63,576 bases of DNA, filler included, from Octopus bimaculoides (GCF_001194135.2; 9 parts of 7 records of this genome joined end to end with filler, not necessarily neighbours in it); one strand, 5' to 3'; shown: positions 10,481 to 23,436, numbered from the whole stretch's first letter. Notes: a model not told the origin generated them from the letters alone. Numbers and translations: made by a program.

Positions 10481-13400
10481 GCCCCAGAAGCACCTATTGT
10501 GAAAATTTTTTTCTGTTTCTCATCCCCTAATTTTACAATCCCTATGTTATTTCCTGTATTTATCTTTTACTTCTGCATTATTTTATCGAGTTTTATCTAC
10601 TTGAAAGAGCAGATCTGTCACAACTCTCTTACCATATGTATTTAACATAACAGGAAATGGTGATNNNNNNNNNNNNNNNNNNNNNNNNNNNNNNNNNNNN
10701 NNNNNNNNNNNNNNNNNNNNNNNNNNNNNNNNNNNNNNNNNNNNNNNNNNNNNNNNNNNNNNNNNNNNNNNNNNNNNNNNNNNNNNNNNNNNNNNNNNNN
10801 NNNNNNNNNNNNNNNNNNNNNNNNNNNNNNNNNNNNNNNNNNNNNNNNNNNNNNNNNNNNNNNNNNNNNNNNNNNNNNNNNNNNNNNNNNNNNNNNNNNN
10901 NNNNNNNNNNNNNNNNNNNTATATATATATATATGCAATTTTAATAGGTTTTAAGTCCGGGTTTCGCCTCTGGTAAATAGAGTTAACATTCTCATGCAAG
11001 CTTATTTATTTTGTTCGTAGAATTAATCTATTTGATTCAAAAGAAATTTGAATAACGCCTGAACTAATTAGAAGTGTGAGGGGAAAACAAGTTTCCCCTC
11101 AAAAATTATCTTTTGTGAGATCAGCGATTTTATGATTTTCTTTTTTCGCGTAGTGTTTATATTGTATTCTATTTTAATATAGTGGGCTTTGGGTTAGTTG
11201 GATACGTACGGTTATCTAATATCTAGCAGTGCAGGATCACACCAACTCATCCTACATTGATGGATATTAGAGTAATTAAGTTACGACACACTTCTGTTAT
11301 GTTTCTTCGGTTTTTTTTTGTTTTGTTTTGTTTTTCGTAACAATCTGCAATAAGCTCTTGGTTTTCCCAATTTCTTGCATCCATAAATTTTTCTAATAAC
11401 TTTTTCTGTCTCTATGTAACGTATTATTAATTTTCAAGATGAACGATTTACTTCATAGTCAAGGCTTTATATATTGCTGGTAAGAGATTATGTCTGTAGT
11501 TTATGGGTATTTATTTTCATAACCGATTTTTACGTTGATTGTTTAATGTGTTAGTCACAAAGAGAGCCCATTGTTTTTCTCTAATCATAGTTCTCTTCTT
11601 TGCCTTAAGAAGGAAATCGTATAAATTTGATAGAATCAAGGTAAGACATCTTTATGAACACAATAAGATTAAATTCTTTTTCGCATACTCTATAAAACTT
11701 CAAAAATCTAACAGTAATACATAATTTACTTAAACATATATGCAGGGTCACATTTTATTGAGGTAAGGAGACCAAAGAAGTGGGAAAAAATCAGTTAGGC
11801 CTCATTCTAGTGAGGAATACGAACGCAAGCAAATAAACTTTTCGATTGGTATCAGAAGTCGCGTAAAATATTGGGCATTACTCTAAATAGTAAGATAAAA
11901 AAGGATAAAAATGATATAATCTTCATGAAATATATTCGTTTGATCATAATAATCATAAATTTGAATTTCAATATAAATAAGAGGTAACTTCTCTATTTCT
12001 GTCTGTTCCGTGATGACTTCAACTTTTAAATATTATAAACTAGAAATTGTATTAAAGCCAGAAAAAGACACTAAAGCAAGAAAATAATGAACAAAAATTA
12101 GACAACACCTACCTAAGCTCCTACGTATACTTCCAGAGAAAATGAAAAAAAGGTCTTATAAGGTCATATGTAAATCTTTCAAATTTGGATTGAACATTTA
12201 TCCTTAAGATGTTCTATTTCATATAATAAACAAGCATAAATCTCTAATATAGCATTATATNNNNNNNNNNNNNNNNNNNNNNNNNNNNNNNNNNNNNNNN
12301 NNNNNNNNNNNNNNNNNNNNNNNNNNNNNNNNNNNNNNNNNNNNNNNNNNNNNNNNNNNNNNNNNNNNNNNNNNNNNNNNNNNNNNNNNNNNNNNNNNNN
12401 NNNNNNNNNNNNNNNNNNNNNNNNNNNNNNNNNNNNNNNNNNNNNNNNNNNNNNNNNNNNNNNNNNNNNNNNNNNNNNNNNNNNNNNNNNNNNNNNNNNN
12501 NNNNNNNNNNNNNNNNNNNNNNNNNNNNNNNNNNNNNNNNNNNNNNNNNNNNNNNNNNNNNNNNNNNNNNNNNNNNNNNNNNNNNNNNNNNNNNNNNNNN
12601 NNNNNNNNNNNNNNNNNNNNNNNNNNNNNNNNNNNNNNNNNNNNNNNNNNNNNNNNNNNNNNNNNNNNNNNNNNNNNNNNNNNNNNNNNNNNNNNNNNNN
12701 NNNNNNNNNNNNNNNNNNNNNNNNNNNNNNNNNNNNNNNNNNNNNNNNNNNNNNNNNNNNNNNNNNNNNNNNNNNNNNNNNNNNNNNNNNNNNNNNNNNN
12801 NNNNNNNNNNNNNNNNNNNNNNNNNNNNNNNNNNNNNNNNNNNNNNNNNNNNNNNNNNNNNNNNNNNNNNNNNNNNNNNNNNNNNNNNNNNNNNNNNNNN
12901 NNNNNATATATACATTCAAATGCACAGATACTAATAAAAGCAATTAGAATATGAAACAAGTTCAAAGAAGTGGATAGCATATAAAGATATAACTTTTATC
13001 AAGATTATTTCCAAGAGTAATAAAGAAGCTAAAGTTCTCTCCTGATTTCGCTTAAAAACTGCATACACCAGATTAGGATGGAGTCGCACACGTTCATCGT
13101 AGTCCACAAAACAATGACTTGTAGCATTGTTGTCACCTGTGCTTTTGCCACTCGAATCCATGAAACGGTTTCAGAATTTTCGTGTTGTTGAGCGCGCGCC
13201 TTAGCTCTAACAGACTTCTAAAGTTTTAACTTGATCTCCTATTCTAGTTTTCTCGATCGCTATTCTTTGCTAATACTTATCAGTTCAATTCCAATTGCCC
13301 ATTAGGTGTTAATGATTGTCACTCTCAACGCCGACTTAACTAATTTGCTGATCCGATCTGTGTAATCTTTGTGAACTAGTAAAAAATTCTTAAGCTACCA

Positions 13401-13791
13401 TAAACCAGGTTTATACCTGCGAAGTCTAGTAAGCTATTGTTTCTGCTTCTATTACTGTTTTTGCTGTTTCTGGTAACGGTGGTGTTGTTACTCTTGCTAC
13501 GACTTTTGTTGATCAATATTGCGACTTAGTGCTCTGTGATGAGAGTAACACTTTTACCTTCAAAATTACCTCCTACTTTCTCTTGCTAGCTTGGATGGCA
13601 AGAACAAATATATTAAATACATTTTGAAACTTCTGGTTCGATTTGCAAATTATTTTCTAACAAATCTGATTTGCTGATTACCAGGATAAAACAATAAAAT
13701 CAACAGATTCGACCCTATGCAAAAGATACAGACTCAAGGAGCTTCCAATACCCGTTCAGCTGCAGTAGTGAACAACACCAACAGCAGCAGC

Positions 13792-13853
<62 letters not shown>

Positions 13854-15484
13854 CAACCACAAAGGCAATTTCTTTCATAGGCCACCAGAGCTCAAGAGAT
13901 AAAGTACACAGACAAATTTGAGGCAGTTACGCGAATCTCCGAATAAATCAAGTGTTTGAATGGTAAAATCACCGTCTCCCAGTTTCTTGCTGTCTATCTA
14001 TAACCAATTAGCATCACTTGTCGAGCCGCTTTCGCTCCCCTTTCATAAAACAATCTGCAGGCTAGTACTTATCTTTTCATTTCCAGCCTTTACTTCAGGT
14101 CGAACTGGCAGAAGCTAATCAAATCTTTGCTAGAGAAGAAACATCATGTCTTCATCTACTGTTAATCCTACACAAAACCAAACCGCAATATACAAAATAA
14201 ACGAAAAGTATCATGAATAGATATAAAGCATAATATATTGAGTTAAGAAAAATATTATAAAGTGGAAATTGTTCAGAAGAAGCACATCAGCAATGGCCCA
14301 CTTCCGTGTCTTAGTAATTTCTGAGATGAAGACTGGAATATGTTCTCAAACGAGACACCTTAGTTAGATGTTCTCAACATAGTAGACTAAGATAAAAGAA
14401 ACGAGGCTACCATACCTAATAAATATGACAACATAGAAATGATAACATGAAATGATAACACAGAAATGATAACCTAGATACGATAACACAGAAAAAATTA
14501 ATTTGCAATTAAAGCAAAACAACCAAATTTTTAAAATTCAAAGTTCAAAACAGATATGACTAAAACAAGTCTAATATCTTATGTTATGCATAAGTTAAAT
14601 TCTTAATTTGGTACAAGAATATTCGTTTTAGGGGGTTGTGTGGTTTTAGCGACTTAAGCAGTTCTTTGTCAAATACTGGCAGCCATGTTATTGTCCATCG
14701 GAAGGCTGTTAGTAAAAATTAGCAATTGTATTTTGCATTAATATTCAGGAACTTCTCCATTCTTTTGTCAGGCAAGGTTGTTTTCAGAAGTATTTCAAAC
14801 AGCTGAAATGATGATAAAATACAGGATAAGTGTCAATAAACTACCTTTTCTATTCAAAGTTCTTGATACAAACTTATAGAATCGCAACTCCAAAAGTTTA
14901 GCTCAATACATAGGTTATAGGGATAAAATTTGGCATTTAAAATGTACCAGTCAAGAAAAGATAATACTGAACTAGAAAGGAATTGATGAAATTTTAACGG
15001 AAACTGAATCTCAAGAACCAAGAAGTAGGTGAGAGAATTCAGTAAAAAATATGAAACTAATTAAAAACGTATGTAAACTTAGCGCTAAAAAGCGAAATAA
15101 CTGCAACTAATACATTTCCAAGCCTGTATAGTTATGTGGTTTCAACATCTTAATTTGGGGAAAGGATGAATGAGATCCTGGCAATATACACATAAAGGAA
15201 ACTATGTGCAAAGCATAACGCGAAAAGCATAAAATAAAATGAGAAATAGGAGGCAGTTTAGCGCACATAAAATTCAATTACGAAACAGAAGCAATTGAAT
15301 TTGACGTCTTTCTGAAAGCATATAAAGACTGTTGAAAATAGTATGACCAAAATATGAAGAAAGGATTTACAACTACACAGTAGTAACAGAATTTCGGGAT
15401 AAAGGGAAACAGTAAGATCACAAAAATCAGTAAAGTAGTAAACAATAATTCCTTCTTGACATCGCTTCGCTGACGAAGATTAGG

Positions 15485-15880
15485 AAGGCTATTGCCCACA
15501 TCGTCTGCACGCTCTTTCGTGGCTGATAAGGACGATGTGGGATCGACATATCCGATGGTAGTGATGATAGGGGTATGGTTGTTCAGTGTCTGATGATGCA
15601 GCTACATTATTTTTTCACCTCTGACCTGTGTCTTAAAGAGACACACTGCATGAGATCTCAAAGGAGGAAACAACATCGCTGACGGTATGGCGCCAAGCGA
15701 CGCGGTCAGCTGTTAGAGTGGACAAAGTCACAAATGCTAATCAATGTCACAAACGCTAAGGGACTGCTTCGAGCAGTCCTTGTAACGCTTCCTTGGTGAC
15801 CCCCTGTTGCAGTGGCCAGTAGTGAGCTCACCGTACTTGACGATCTATGATAAGTGGTGGACTTTCATCTTGTCAACGTT
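15485..15880 (-). mobile_element. RTE/BovB-like LINE 3' fragment
   Basis: The minus strand encodes VKYGELTTGHCNRGSPRKRYKDCSKQSL, the typical RTE C-terminal YGEL..G.R..GRPRKRYKD motif. Confidence 0.8.
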
Positions 15881-16490
15881 AACAGGAAACAATAATTAAG
15901 ACTAAAATATATACCACAAAAATGATATTTGATAGGGAAATAACTATGATACATAAATGATACTTGATGTGGGCAACTTTTTATTATACAATTGGCGATA
16001 TGGTAAAGCGTACGTGTACAAAAATAACCTTTAATTTGAATATGATCGCTGGAAAATTCTTATATATCATAAAATGGATATTATAGTAAATTGGTACAGA
16101 TTTAGTTGAGAGAAAAGGGATAGGACAAATATTGTCCAGCATTTTTCTGGTGCTCTAACAATTCTGCCAACTCACCTGCTACAAATGATAATATTTTCTA
16201 GTACAGACACAAGGCTTGAAGTTTTGCGTGGTGAGGCTAGTCGATTATACCGACTCTAATGCCGGATTGGTGCTTATTTAATCGATTCCGAAAAGATGAA
16301 AGGCAAAGTCGACCTAGGCGGAATTTGAATTAAGGACGTGAAGACGGATGAGTGTACCGCTATTCATTTTGTTTGCCGTGTTAAAGATTCTGCCTTAAAT
16401 AATGATTTAAAATTTTGGCACAAGGCCAGAAATTTCGGGGAACAGATGAATCGATTTGATAGACCCCAGTGTCCAACTGGTACTTATTTT

Positions 16491-16823
16491 TCTATATTTA
16501 AGAGATGAGGAATTATATACATTATTTACATTTGACGGATATTTGTCCTCATATGCCTACGGGCATATGGCGTAGTAGTTAAGAGCGTGGGCTACTAACC
16601 CCAAGATACCGAGTTCAATTCCAAGCAGTGACCTGAATAATGATAATAATGATAATAATAATAATAATAATAACATCGAAAAAGTACCTTAGGAATGAGA
16701 ACCAAGATTCGATATTTCCCCCAAGACACCTGATGAAGGCTGGAGGGTATATCAGCCAAAACGTTGTGTTAAAAACAAACAAGATGAGGACAAATATCCG
16801 CCAAATGTAAATAAATTAAATAA
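16491..16823 (+). mobile_element. Short non-autonomous retroelement: inverted 3'-end copy, tRNA-like Pol III head, (AAT)n, minimal hammerhead; flanked by a 13-bp TSD
   Basis: Direct repeat TGGTACTTATTTT at 16478-16490 and 16824-16836. A box TGGCGTAGTAG at 16568-16578; B box GAGTTCAATTCC at 16611-16622. Inverted repeat 16522-16552 vs 16784-16814 (30/31 matches). Hammerhead at 16725-16770. Confidence 0.85.
16725..16770 (+). ncRNA. Minimal type-I hammerhead ribozyme motif (this copy has G12->A, probably inactive)
   Basis: Stem I GACAC/GTGTT; core CTGATGA (16730-16736); stem II GGCTG/CAGCC; (G>A)AAA; palindromic stem III ACGT; predicted GUU cleavage after 16765. Confidence 0.8.
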
Positions 16824-17189
16824 TGGTACTTATTTTGTCTGTCGCGAAAAGATAAAAAGCAAAGTCGAAATCGGTGGAATTTGAATTCGAGAGGAGAAGA
16901 CGGACAAAGACACCACTAATCATTTTGTTCGGTTAGCTAATGATTCTGCTAGTTCACCGTTTTAAATAATGATTATTATTTCCGTTCAGGCACAAGGCCT
17001 TGAAAATTTTGGGGGTGAAGGAGGCTAGTCGATTACAGCGACCCCAGTACGTAGCTGGTACTTAATTTATCGACCCCGAAAGGATGAAAGGCAATGTTGA
17101 ACCCGGCGGAATTTGAACTCAGGCGAAATACCGCATAAGCATTTTGCCCGGCTTGCTAACGATTCTGTTAGCTCAACGCCTTAACTTTA

Positions 17190-17255
<66 letters not shown>

Positions 17256-17256
17256 T

Positions 17257-20115
17257 CTTTCTTTATTAGCCAAACACAAAACATGGAAGACGATACACAG
17301 ACGAGGGACAGTGAGGATAAACGTGTAAACAGTCAACACAATGATTAACAAAGAGATTAAATCAACAATATGCTTCCCCAATAGGTGGGGAGCTCCACCG
17401 TAAGGTGACCAAAGAGAACTCACGCACTTTGGACCCCTTAACACAAACGGCTCCTCCGAAAAGCACCCTCTCTTCTTCCTTGCATCTAGCCTACAGGCGC
17501 ACACTTAGAGTAGGTCCATTCACGCGGGCCTTTCTTGTCACATTCACCCACTTTTCAAGGAACTTACTGAGTGACAGTACCTCCCTCTCCAGCCTCACAT
17601 TCCTTTTCAGGTGGAACCTGAAAAAGTCAATGAGGCCTTAGACAAAAAGAAAGGTACCCTTCTTCAACCCTTTCAATCACATCCACCACACAGCCGCTTT
17701 TGCCACAGCCACCTGACAGAAAGAAAAATTGTCCTCCGTTCGCGGAGGCGGTGCAATCTTCACAATGGACGATATCCGGGTCCATCCTACACGTGAAAAT
17801 AACTGTTCGACAAAGCTTCACAAGTCAACAATATGCGGACACTGTACGAGAGCATGCAGAACCGTTTCATCGCTCATCAAGCATCTCGGTCAAGCCCTAT
17901 TGACTGTCATGGACAAGCCCGTTCAGCTACGAAGCGGGGAAAGGGACGATGTACGCATTCACCACCTCTGCCCGACCTTTCAGGGACAGATTCCTCTCGA
18001 ACTATTTCTGGGTGAGACTGGACACCCTGTTTGTCACCTTACCCCAGTTCTTGTCCTCTTGGAGATCGGACCGCATCAGACCTCGAGACACTTAACAGAT
18101 CTTTCCGTCCAGCGATCCAGCCTCTGAAAACGGGACTGAAACCAGCCTCCTTGAGGACAGCCTCCAAGTACAGATGGTCGACCCTATCAAACGCTTTCGA
18201 TTGATCCAAATGGTTTTGGATCAGGGCCCCACCCATGCCAAGTTATTTACCAACCCTCTCTATGATATATCACGTGAGGTGGAGGTTGTCGTGTATAGTT
18301 CTGCTGGGGGTAGTACAAGTCTGCGCATCACCCACCAGTCTGTCAACGACAAGCGTCAATCTCTTTGCTAACACCTTGGCCAAAATTTTGTAATCTGCAT
18401 TTAGCAGAGTTACCGGCCTAAAGTTATCAACAATGTCCCCCTTGTCAGGATCCTTTTTTAGAAGCGTCACCACAGATCCGGGTATTTTCCCATTCTGTTG
18501 CCAGTTGTTGTAGACGTTTCAGAAAAGCTCACCAAACAAGTCTGGCATAAGTATATAAATCTCGAAAGGCAGACCATCCCATCCTGGAGACCTCTCTCAC
18601 GCGCAACTAGCCAATGTGTCACGTATATCTTCAGCTGTTATTGACATTTCGCAGAATTCCATATCCCTGGCGGAAAGCCACGGCATACCTTCAAGGTAGG
18701 AAGTGAAGTTAACCTCTGCCTCCGGGCCACAGCGCACCCCATGCAGTTCAGCAAAGTGCCGCTGAAATTCCGCACACATCTGCTTCGACTCGTGTAACAT
18801 GTGCCCGTCCCGACCCCTCAAAGACCGAATTGTAGTTTTATTACTACGTTGCGCCTCGACCACCCGGGCCAATCGAATGGCTTTTGTTCCCTCCTGCTTT
18901 AGAGCACGCGCCCTAGTTCTGACAATGAAGCCTTCATGCATGGTTCAGAATCAATCTCGCTGCCAACACGTCGGTCACTATGCCTCTACTGAGTGCCTCT
19001 TTTAATTTCCTCACTAGTTCTCCTCTACTCTGATCTCCTCCAACGCTAGTTCTCTACTAAATTCTACAGTTTTTACTCTGATCTTCTGTTTTAGCACTTC
19101 CCAACCCCATCATCGGTTGTTGACGACTGCACCCGTCAACTTTCGATGGATTAACTTGCTAAGCCGGGCTCTGAAAGCTTGATGCACCGGGAAGGATGCG
19201 TTCAGCGTCCAGTATCCAGGTTCCTGCCAATGGAGCCTATCTAGGCCAACCGTACAATTCACAAATTTAAAGGCTGTGTAATTTACGAATTTAAATTGTG
19301 GACACTCTATGCTGTTTCTATCTGCTGGTCTACAAAACACCCTATTTAGATAAGATGTGGATGACCCGGCACTCTTTTCCTATGACCACACTGGAATGTT
19401 CGGGAAATCCAGTCTAAACCTGTCCGCCAGCTGGAAACAACTGAGCAGAATTGTGAGGCTTCTGCACCCGCCTTTCCTATCCACTAGCCCCACCCAATCC
19501 ACAGGTGCATTTAAAATTGCATTCCAATCGCCTACTAACACTAAAGAGCGAAACGTCCCTAGAAAGGCCTCCAAGCGTCTGAAGAACTCCGGCTACCCCG
19601 CTCCAGTCAGTGCGTACGCTTCGACTAGTCTAAAAGCACTGCCTTCGTTATCGTTCACGTCAGGAACACCGACTTACCTTCCAGGTCCAGGAAGACCGAC
19701 TGTGTCTCGAGATCCAAGCCTTTTCTGAACAACACTGCCACCCCACCCCCTATTCCCGGTCGACTAAAAGATGCGAAAATCTCAAAGTCATTATATCCAG
19801 GCTTAGCCATCTGAGGTCGTTGCACAAGTGTCCTTGCATTCACAACGACCCCTAGGCCACGTACATTTATACAACCTACTTTAAGAACCGTCATACTGTC
19901 CAAGAAGTAAAGAAAGGTAAAAAGGAGTGTCACTTACCCTCCTGCAGCTGTTTGTGGTCGAGTGATTCTCCCACCCAGTCTGTTTTGTTGGGTTCCTCTG
20001 GGAGCCCCCTTAATAGCCATCTGTTGGCCGTTACACTGTCAGATCCAATGTCATACGGGTAGCTCCGCTTAATATCCAGAAAAAAAAATTGAAAAAAAAA
20101 GAAAAGATCTGTCAA
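17257..20115 (-). mobile_element. Tx1/L1-clade LINE (end of ORF1 plus internally deleted, decayed ORF2)
   Basis: The minus strand encodes APE endonuclease motifs VGCINVRGL, LVGDWNAIL and SYLDRVFCR, and RT motifs VTLLKKDPDKGDIVDNFRPVTLLNADYKILAKVLAKRL and LDQSKAFDRVDH. The 3' end AATAAAGAAAG abuts (ATT)n. Confidence 0.9.
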
Positions 20116-22660
20116 TCCTTAACGAAACTAGTAGACAATCAACACTACTAAGCAACAAGAGAACAAAAATACTACGTAAATACAAAATTACAGAAAAAGG
20201 TATACCTGAAGTACAGGAACAGATAAAGCAAGATATCCTCGCCAAAGCTCAAAGAATCCTCCAGTATGAGAAACGCCAACGTTTCTTTGAACAAAACAAG
20301 CAGTTCAACCCCAAGCCCAAAAGATTCTACTAAGAACTTAGCAAAAATAAAATAGACATAAATGCAGCAACAACAGCAGAAGAAGTGGAAGAATTTTGGT
20401 AAGAAATATGGTCGGTAAAGAACAACCTCAAAAATGGTCTTTCAAAACAACGAACAAAGCACCTAAACAACTCTGGACTCCTATAACAACTGAAGAGGTC
20501 ACCCAGGCACTGCAAAGACTAAGCAACTGGAAGGTATCCAGGCACGATAAGTTTCCTAACTCCTGGTTAAAATATCTGACAGGAACACATAAAAAGCTGA
20601 CTGAGAAATTTAATGACATATTAGCAGAGCCAGACACAATGCCTGAATAGCTCACGGGAGGGAAAACTATCCTAATTCCCAAATCCATTGAAACAGCAAA
20701 CCCACGAAATTACAGACCAATAACTTATCTCCCTACCCTACAATTTACAAAGCCTTTACTGCAATAATTTCGCAGAGAATGAGCAAACATCTGGAAGGAA
20801 ACAACCTGTTTCCAGAAGAGCAGAAGGGATGCTGCAAGGGCTCATACGGGTGGAAAGATCAGCTTCTGATCAATAAAGCCATAACTGAAAACAGCCGCAG
20901 AAAGAAGAAGGGTCGAAGTATGGCCTGGATCGATTACCGAAAGGCTTTTGATAGAATTCTCCACACATGCCATGAACAAGGGAACACCAATAATCAGACA
21001 GTGCTACAGCTCCAGAAAAAAGAGGGACTCATAAAAACCAAAGCATCCCCATTAGAAGAGGAATATTCCAGAGAGACACGCTCTCTCCACTCCTTTTCTG
21101 TTTGGCACTGACACCTTTATCTGACATGCTAAACAGAACTGGATGTGGATACAACTCTTACGGCAAAACAGTCAGCCACTTCTTATATATGGATGATCTA
21201 AAATTGTACGTTACAAATGATAAAAAACTGAAAACATTACTACAGAGAGTACATCGATTTACCAAAGAAATAAAGATGAAATATGAATTAGAAAAATGTG
21301 CCAAAGCAAGCCTGAAAAGAGGAAAACTAGTTAAGATTAGCAACATCACACTAGATAAANNNNNNNNNNNNNNNNNNNNNNNNNNNNNNNNNNNNNNNNN
21401 NNNNNNNNNNNNNNNNNNNNNNNNNNNNNNNNNNNNNNNNNNNNNNNNNNNNNNNNNNNNNNNNNNNNNNNNNNNNNNNNNNNNNNNNNNNNNNNNNNNN
21501 NNNNNNNNNNNNNNNNNNNNNNNNNNNNNNNNNNNNNNNNNNNNNNNNNNNNNNNNNNNNNNNNNNNNNNNNNNNNNNNNNNNNNNNNNNNNNNNNNNNN
21601 NNNNNNNNNNNNNNNNNNNNNNNNNNNNNACTTCAGAAGCAAGGAAAACTAATACAAATAGCCACAAAACACAAACAAAACAAAAAACTGTTTTCAATCT
21701 ATCAGGAAGTTGGCAAATACAAACAAGAAGTCATACTACCTAACAGCTATGAAGAAAAAGAAGAAACAACAAAAGCTGTAAAACAACTGAAATCCAAACT
21801 AAAACTGGAACAGCAACGGATCATGATGAAACGATGGCATGATAAGCCCCATGCATGGCAAATATTGGGTTAAAATAAGCCCAAAAGAAATAGACAAAGC
21901 AAAATCCCAATAATGGCTGAGAAGCTCAGGACTCAAAGCAGAGACTGAAGGATTTTTAATTGCAGCACAAAACCAAAGCCTTCCCACCAGAAATTACCAA
22001 AAACCATATAATGAAAAGAAACATAACAAGTAACTGCAGAATATGTGGCGATGGACATAACAATAAACCATATTATCTCTGGTTGCCCAGTCCTGGCTAA
22101 GAAGGAATATATTCACAGACACGACAGAGTTGGGACCTATATACACTGGAAGCTATGCCAACACTATGGAATAACAAAAGTGTGTGTTGGCATATCCTAT
22201 ACTATGGGATATGCCAACGCACACAGATAGAGAAAATAAGGCCAACAGGCCGAATATAGTTGTCAGAGATCATCAAGAAAAAAAATGCTTTCTAATCGAT
22301 GTATCAATACCAACAGATGACAACGTTTCTCTAAAAGAAATTAAAAAACTTTAAAAATACAAAGACCTGGAAATAGAGGTAACTTGAATGTGGAGTCTAA
22401 AAACAGCAACAATTCATATCATAATAGGTGAATTGGGTATGATAAAAAATATTCAGACAAATACATAACAAAAACACCAGGACAAAACAAATATATATAA
22501 TATACAGAAAATAGCACTACTAGGCACCGCACACATAATGCATAAAACACTTTCAATACAGTAACAATAAGAACATCACAACATACCACAGCACATATCC
22601 AAGGCACACAGAGCTGCGCTCGGTAGTGCAGTCAAAGCACGTGATAAAATATAACTACTG
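20116..22660 (+). mobile_element. R4/Dong-like non-LTR retrotransposon (RT plus CCHC plus restriction-like endonuclease), 5'-truncated and decayed
   Basis: Motifs NNLFPEEQKGCCKGSYGWKDQLLINKAI, AWIDYRKAFD, HFLYMDDLKLY, LKAETEGFLIAAQNQSLPTRNY, CRICG..TINHIISGCPVLAKKEYIHRHDRV, NRPNIVV..KKCFLIDVSIP..KYKDLEIE. The 3' end runs into (AAC/AAT)n. Confidence 0.92.
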
Positions 22661-22707
22661 AATGATGACAACAACAACAATAATAATAATAATAATAATA
22701 ATGATAA

Positions 22708-22982
22708 TAGGATTGAGGTTACTCTTCCAGGAAATATAGAAGCAAAAAAAGAAGAGTGCCATTGTTATCAAGTGAACGATATTTAGGCGCCTCGTGTTTC
22801 TTCCACAGATTCAAAAGATAAACTTCAATCTACTTCATTTGGTAATACTTACAGGATATTTCCTGGGGGAATAACCTCAATCCTATAAATATTACCAAAA
22901 TGAAGTAGGTTGACAAGTTTATTTTTTGAACCTGTGAAAGACACACGATATGTCGAAATATCGTTCACTTAATAACAATGGC
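22708..22982. repeat. Palindromic pair of ~150-nt hammerhead-bearing monomers (pLTR/retrozyme-like)
   Basis: 22758-22857 is the reverse complement of about 22880-22982, and 22708-22737 is the reverse complement of 22856-22885. Each arm carries a hammerhead-shaped motif. Confidence 0.75.
22927..22967 (+). ncRNA. Minimal type-I hammerhead-like motif with a variant core
   Basis: Stem I TGAAC/GTTCA; core CTGTGAAA (consensus CTGANGA not met); stem II GACA/TGTC; GAAA at 22955-22958; palindromic stem III ATAT; AUC cleavage triplet ending at 22962. Confidence 0.65.
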
Positions 22983-23082
22983 NNNNNNNNNNNNNNNNNN
23001 NNNNNNNNNNNNNNNNNNNNNNNNNNTTAATTAATTAANNNNNNNNNNNNNNNNNNNNNNNNNNNNNNNNNNNNNNNNNNNN
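22983..23082. other. Artificial scaffold-joining linker
   Basis: N44-TTAATTAATTAA(23027-23038)-N44. Confidence 0.97.
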
Positions 23083-23141
23083 TCATCATCATCATCATCA
23101 TCACCATCATCATCATCATCGTCATCATCATCATCATCACC

Positions 23142-23173
<32 letters not shown>

Positions 23174-23180
23174 CATCATT

Positions 23181-23225
<45 letters not shown>

Positions 23226-23436
23226 TTCATCATCATCATCATCATCATCACCATCACCCTCACAACCACCACCACAACTAGTTCTGTTGCTCTTTCATAC
23301 GTTCCATTTACACACATAATCGCTAACTCAGCAATTTTTGAATTTCCTGAAATCGGAACCTCACCACCACCACTACTACTACTATTACTACTATCACCCC
23401 CCCCCCNNNNNNNNNNNNNNNNNNNNNNNNNNNNNN

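Larger units (their letters stand above)
16140..17185 (-). mobile_element. Tandem cluster of SINE family B copies (one interrupted by the hammerhead element)
   Basis: The module GGCACAAGGCC...GGTACTTA(A)TTT...GAAAGGATGAAAGGCAAAGTCGACCTCGGCGGAATTTGAA...GATTCTGC..GCTC.CCGCCTT recurs at about 16200-16400, 16420-16960 and 16985-17185. Confidence 0.85.

Noticed and set aside
14075-14200. Possible exon after TTTTCATTTCCAG
   Set aside because: Short frame with no recognisable homology and no convincing donor; I cannot support it.
16561-16635. Possible tRNA gene (also SINE heads at 7775, 38959, 42458)
   Set aside because: A/B boxes are present, but there is no complete acceptor stem, and each continues into a repeated SINE body.
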